In this document: positions 56,523 to 64,000 of the stretch, piece by piece | Numbering within the stretch: position 1 is the stretch's first letter | Layout: the number at the start of each line of letters is the position of its first letter | NCBI GenBank assembly: GCA_943787795.1 | Contig: CALSNU010000002.1 | Location: 576,001 to 640,000, forward strand | DNA from: an uncultured bacterium | GTDB taxonomy: Bacteria; Planctomycetota; UBA1135; GCA-002686595 | Reading direction: 5' to 3' | DNA: 64,000 bases | The notes under the pieces: model-generated | Seen by the model: the letters and a program-made list of their open reading frames with translations, nothing else | What the model was told of the DNA's origin: nothing | Databases searched by the model: none | Translations under genes and position numbers: made by a program

Positions 56523-58089
56523 GTGGGCCGGGAGGCCCGACGGGGCCGCGGCGTGCCTGGTCCTGGGGCTCCTCCTGGGGACCGGTGGCTGCGCGGGGCC
56601 GGGCGCCGGCGGAGGTGAGGCCTCTGCGGCCAACTCGGGAGCGGACGCCACGGGCGAGCTGCTCGAGGTCGATGAGGCGGAGCTGCGCGACCGGATCCGC
56701 GGGGCGTGGCTTGGACAGATGATCGGCGTCACCTGGGGTTTCCCGACGGAGTTCTATGCCCGCTACATCTGGGAGCTCTTCCCCGACCTTCACCAACGCG
56801 ATGGTGAGCCGGCGAATATCTACCTGGCCTTCGAGGGACAGCCGATCCCCCTCGACCTCCTGCCCGCCTGGACGCCGGAGCTCATCAACGGCGCCTACAC
56901 CCAGGACGACCTCTACGTGGAGGTGCCCTTCATGGAGGCCCTCGCTGAGCACGGGGTGAACGCGGGTTGGGGCCCCCTGGGTGAGGCCTTCGCGGCCTCG
57001 GAGTTCCCCCTCTACCACGCGAACCTCGCGGCGCGGGACAACCTGCGGCGCGGGCTCCCCCCTCCGGCCTCGGGGCACTGGTCCAACACGGGAGAGAGCG
57101 ACGACATTGACTGGCAGATCGAGTCGGACTTCGTGGGCCTGATGGCGCCGGCTCAGCCGGCGGCGGCGGTGGACCTCGCCTTTCGAATGGGCCACGTCAT
57201 GAACCACGGCGACGGCGTCTATGGCGGGGTCTTCGTGGCGACCATGCTGTCCACGGCCTTCACCGCGGGGTCCGTGCTTGAGATCGCGGAGGCCGGCCGC
57301 GACGTGCTCCCGCCGGGGAGCGGCTACCGCCAGGTCATTGATGATGTGTTCGACATGTGGGAGGGCGGTGAGCCCTTCGACGTGAACCTCGACGCTCTCT
57401 ACAAGCGCTACGGCGCCCTGGATCGGTGCGCCGAGTGGGCCGGCGCCGCGGACCCCCTGAACATCGACGCCCGCCTCAACGGTGCCTTCATCCTCCTGGG
57501 ACTGCTCTACGGAGAGGGGGAACTCGCCCGCTCCATGCGCCTCGCCATGGCGGCGGGCCAGGACAGCGACTGCAACCCCTCCAACGTCGGCAGCATCCTC
57601 GGGGCGTTCATGGGCGCGGAGGCGCTGGCCCAGGACGATGACCGCTGGCTCTCGGCCCTGGACGAGACCCAGACGTTCGAGACCACCCCGCACCGGCTCG
57701 ATGAACTCGTGCGGCTCAACCTCGAGCTCGCCCGCGGCGTCGTGGAACTGCGCGGTGGGGAGGCGCCGAGGGGAGGTCGCTGGCGGATTCCCGTCGGGCC
57801 CAGCGCGCCTCCCTTGCTCCTGGAGCAGTGGCCCCTGGTCCCGAACGAGGCCCCGATCTTGCAGGTGCAGGTCGAGCGAACGGACGGGCGCGCTGTCCGC
57901 GTCCGCGCCCGGGCCGACGACGCGGACGGCGGGCTGAGCTACCAGTGGTGCTTCGGCGACCTCGCCTTCGCCCGCGGCCCGGACCACGTGCATCGCTACC
58001 GCGCGCCGGGCACCTACGAGCTCATTGCCCTCGCCTCCGACCGCACCGGCAACACGACCATCGTCACGACCTCGATCCAGGTTCCTTGA
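56523..58089 (+). CDS. ADP-ribosylglycohydrolase family lipoprotein with C-terminal PKD domain (probable +1 frameshift at ~56544)
   Basis: DRIRGAWLG..IG, QDDLY, D.QI..D and G.DSDCN motifs. PKD signature W.FGD..H.Y..PGTY. Confidence 0.8.
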
Positions 58090-58125
58090 CTCGACCGAGG
58101 TGCCGGCGCCTTCGGCTCAGGACGG

Positions 58126-59528
58126 TCAAGCGAGGACGTCGCGGATGACGCGGCCGTGGACGTCGGTGAGGCGGTAGTCGCGGCCCTGGAAGCGGAAGGT
58201 GAGCTTCTCGTGGTCGAGGCCAAGCTGGTGGAGGATGGTGGCGTGGAGGTCGTGGACGTCCATGGCGCCTTGTACGGGGGCGAAGCCGATCTCGTCGGTC
58301 TCGCCGTAGGAGTGGCCGGGCTTGATGCCGCCGCCCGCCATGAAGAGCGTGAAGGCGCTCACGTGGTGGTCGCGGCCCACGAAGTCGCGCACCTCGCCCA
58401 GCGGCGTGCGCCCGAACTCGCCGCCCCAGACCACCAGCGTGTCCTCGAGGAGGCCGCGGCGCTCGAGGTCGAGGATGAGCCCGGCGGTGGCGCGGTCCAC
58501 CTCCTTGCAGCGTCGCTCCAGGGGTTCGCCCAGGTGGTTGCCGGGGTCCCCGTGGTGGTCCCAGTCGGTGTGGTAGAGCTGGACGAAGCGCGAGCCGCGC
58601 TCCACGAGGCGCCGGGCGAGCAGGCAGTTGCGGGCGAAGGAGGGGCGGCCGTCGCCGAGGCCGTAGAGGTCGCGGGTCTCCTGGGTCTCGCCGGTGAGGT
58701 CGATCAGGTCCGGCGTGCTGGTCTGCATCTTGTGCGCCAGCTCGTAGGTCTTCACCCGGTCGCGGAAGGCGGGGTCGCCGGTGCGGTCCGCCGCGATGCG
58801 GTCGAGGTCGCCCACGGCGTCGAAGAAGTCCGACTGCTCGTCGGCGCCCACACCCTCGGGGCTCGCGAGGTCGAGCACCGGGTCGCCCTGGGCGCGGAAG
58901 GGGGTGCCCGCCACGTTGGTGGGCAGGAAGGCGTTGCCCCACAGGGGCGCGCCGCCCCGCGGGCCGCGGCCGCCGGAGCGCAGCACCACAAAGCCCGGCA
59001 GGTCCTCGGCCTCGGAGCCGAGGCCATACAGGCTCCAGGCCCCCATGCTCGGCCGGCCGAACTGGCCGGAGCCGGTGTTCATGAACAGCTTGGCGGGGCC
59101 GTGGTTGATCTCCTTGGCCTGCATGCCGCGCAGGAAGCAGAGCTTGTCCACGATGCCCGCAATGTTCGGCAGCAGCTCGCTGACCGGGGCGCCGCACTCG
59201 CCGTGGCGGGCGAAGGTGCGCTTGGTGCCCAGGAGCTTGGCGCGCTCCCCGTCGATGAACGCGAAGCGCTTGCCGGCCGAGAGGCTCGGGGGGAGGGGCT
59301 GGCCGTCGAGGCGCTGGAGGGTCTCCTTGGGCTCGAACAGCTCCAGCTGGCTCGGGGCGCCGGCCATGAAAAGCCAGATCACGCGCTTGGCCTTCGCGAC
59401 CGGGAGCTGCGCGTGCCGTACGTCGGCCAGGCCGTCGCGGGCGAGCAGGTCGCCCAGGGCCAGGGCGCCGATGCCGCTGGCGCCGGCGCGCAGGATGGAG
59501 CGGCGCGAGAGGTGGTGGAGGGGGTCGC

Positions 59529-59532
<4 letters not shown>
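58126..59532 (-). CDS. DUF1501 domain protein (Tat signal)
   Basis: SRRSIL, AKRVIWLFMAGAPSQ, WDHH, GEFGRTP and GRDHH. Confidence 0.92.
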
Positions 59533-62322
<2,790 letters not shown>

Positions 62323-62456
62323 GAAATGACGATAGCAGAGCGCTCAGGAGCCTGTGGGGCCCACTCCCGAGCGATCTTGGAGGTCGGATGAAAGTCGCCG
62401 GGCCCCTTCCCTAAAGATTGGTGGATCCCCTCCCCTCAACGACAGCACCTTTCCCC

Positions 62457-63068
62457 ATGCGTTTCATTCTTCTGCTCGCCGTCCTCCTCGCCGGCATCTT
62501 TGCCTACAAGTTCTCAGGTTCATTTGTCTCGTTCCAATCCAGTGGCCCCTCGATCGCGGGCGACCACCACGGCGCGAGGTACAAGCTGACAGGCCACTCG
62601 GAGAAGTCCATTGAGGACGGATCCTCGGTCTTGATATGGACGACCGCCACGTTCCCTGGCGGACCCCAGGGGCTCGCCTACGCCGTCATCGTCCGGGGCC
62701 TTGACCGGGAGGACGGAGCCGGGTGGAGCGCGAGTCGAAAAGGTCGGACCTACTCGGATCAACAGGGCATCAAGGCCGAGTTCAATGCGACCAGTGGCGG
62801 CGCCGAAATGTCCCTCTCCTACGCTGTCGACATGGTCCCTCCCGGGCCTGACGGTCCGCGGGGGGCAGTGGAGAGCACGGAGCGGCTCCTCGGGTCCTTT
62901 TCTCCCGGTGCGAGCCTGGCTCCTCTGGACCTCGAGAGCGGACGACTGTTCGTGGTGGAGATGTCCGAGGGCGGAGCCAGCATGGAACAGTTCAAGGTGG
63001 ACCTCCCGGCCATCGAGGGCGACGACATCGATGAGAACCAGCTGTTGAGCGTGATCTCGGGCGAGTGA
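62457..63068 (+). CDS. Hypothetical protein with N-terminal signal/anchor
   Basis: MRFILLLAVLLAGIFAY. The ORF fills the gap between its neighbours. Confidence 0.65.
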   Translation: MRFILLLAVLLAGIFAYKFSGSFVSFQSSGPSIAGDHHGARYKLTGHSEKSIEDGSSVLIWTTATFPGGPQGLAYAVIVRGLDREDGAGWSASRKGRTYSDQQGIKAEFNATSGGAEMSLSYAVDMVPPGPDGPRGAVESTERLLGSFSPGASLAPLDLESGRLFVVEMSEGGASMEQFKVDLPAIEGDDIDENQLLSVISGE

Positions 63069-63085
63069 GCGGACAGGACGAACAG

Positions 63086-63122
63086 AGCGCGCCCGCCCCG
63101 GTCAGACCGGGGCGGGCGCGCT
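63086..63122. terminator. Perfect 18-bp inverted repeat between convergent genes
   Basis: AGCGCGCCCGCCCCGGTC-a-GACCGGGGCGGGCGCGCT. Confidence 0.75.
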
Positions 63123-63139
63123 GTCATTGCGGGTTCAGA

Positions 63140-64000
63140 TCAGCGGAAGAGCATCGTCACCCCGTTGGTGAAGTTCGACGTCGGGACGCCGCCGCTGCTG
63201 TCGCGGTGCCAGGCCTGGAACTGCCAGACCTCTCCGGCCGTCACGGCGATGGGGCCGGTCGGCTGGGGCAGGTCCGTCGGGTCGATCTCGAGGCCGAAGG
63301 TGCCGGTGGCCCCTGAGCTCTTGATCTGGCCCGCCGCTACGTAGCGGCCGATGGAGCCGCCGACGAGGAGCACCCCCTCGCTGCCGCCCGGGTTCGGGAC
63401 GTTGTTGAAGCTCGGTCCGCAGATGAAGAACCCGAAGGAGTTGGCCGGGAGGGCCGAGGCGCGCAGGGTCTTCAGGGCGGTGGTCGAACGGTCGCCGTAC
63501 ATCGTCAGGAAGCTGCGGTCGCCGGTGCTGTTGGGGTTGCCATAGCCGTACTGGAAGGCCTGGGCCAGGGGCGCGTCAGCGATGAACCGGGCGCCGTGGG
63601 CGTTGAGGTCCGTGCCGTCGAACTCGGACCATCCGAGGCCGGCGATGCGGCTGGCCCCGTAGCCGCCCGAGAAGCGGGAGGCGATCGGCGCGTCGCTGAA
63701 GAGCGCGGGGAGCTCCGTCACCAGGGTCCGGCGCTCCGAGATGGCGATGAAGCGTCCCTCGGTCAGGTCGAAGGTCGTGATGAAGGTCGTCGGGTCGAGG
63801 GCGTCGGACTCCTGGTAGGTCACGATGAAGTCCTCGGCCGTGGTCCCGATGCGGGCGGCACCCTGGGGCAGGTCCATGTCCGCGTTCTCGCTGAGCTGGA
63901 GCTCGCGGAGCGTCCCGACCCGGTTGCCGTTCCGGCAGAACATCACGAGGGTGTCCTCCACCAGCGACGGAGTGCGCTCGAAGACGATGGCGTAGGTGGG
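63140..64000 (-). CDS. 5'-truncated protein with the same C-terminal domain as 1..543
   Basis: NPNSTG, LPANSFGFF, NPGGSEG, GSIGRYV..GQI, PQPTG, W.FQAWHRD and SNFTNG. Confidence 0.85.
   Translation of the reverse strand, partial: PTYAIVFERTPSLVEDTLVMFCRNGNRVGTLRELQLSENADMDLPQGAARIGTTAEDFIVTYQESDALDPTTFITTFDLTEGRFIAISERRTLVTELPALFSDAPIASRFSGGYGASRIAGLGWSEFDGTDLNAHGARFIADAPLAQAFQYGYGNPNSTGDRSFLTMYGDRSTTALKTLRASALPANSFGFFICGPSFNNVPNPGGSEGVLLVGGSIGRYVAAGQIKSSGATGTFGLEIDPTDLPQPTGPIAVTAGEVWQFQAWHRDSSGGVPTSNFTNGVTMLFR

Overview
High-GC bacterial chromosome segment, almost certainly Planctomycetota: it has two PSCyt/DUF1549/DUF1553 + DUF1501 gene pairs, a TIGR03067-like protein, an ASPIC/UnbV protein and a Tat-exported Gfo/Idh/MocA oxidoreductase. 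The paralogous C-terminal domain at both window ends suggests the OM190/UBA1135-type lineage (from recall, unverified). There are about 48 CDS and 2 tRNAs (Cys-GCA, Leu-TAA). No integrase, transposase, rRNA or CRISPR is visible. Highlights: (1) a probable new secreted selenoprotein, an FG-GAP/VCBS-repeat protein split by an in-frame TGA in a W-U-C motif with a SECIS-like hairpin directly downstream, tightly coupled to a cytochrome P460-like lipoprotein gene; (2) a ~1,860-aa LptD-like protein directly after kdsD, with an N-terminal hydrophobic helix and a very long OstA-like region, possibly a one-chain LptC/A/D bridge; (3) a shared ~140-aa C-terminal domain with a co-varying Cys pair on two unrelated proteins, a candidate sorting or anchor domain; (4) a lower-GC gtrABC-like amino-sugar glycosylation island interrupted by the Sec/P460 pair; (5) a dispersed, probably non-phosphorylative L-fucose catabolic set; (6) six unrelated 13-16 bp minisatellite loci, five intergenic; (7) up to four +1 frameshifts that are probably assembly errors. 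All family assignments come from motif recognition, not database searches.
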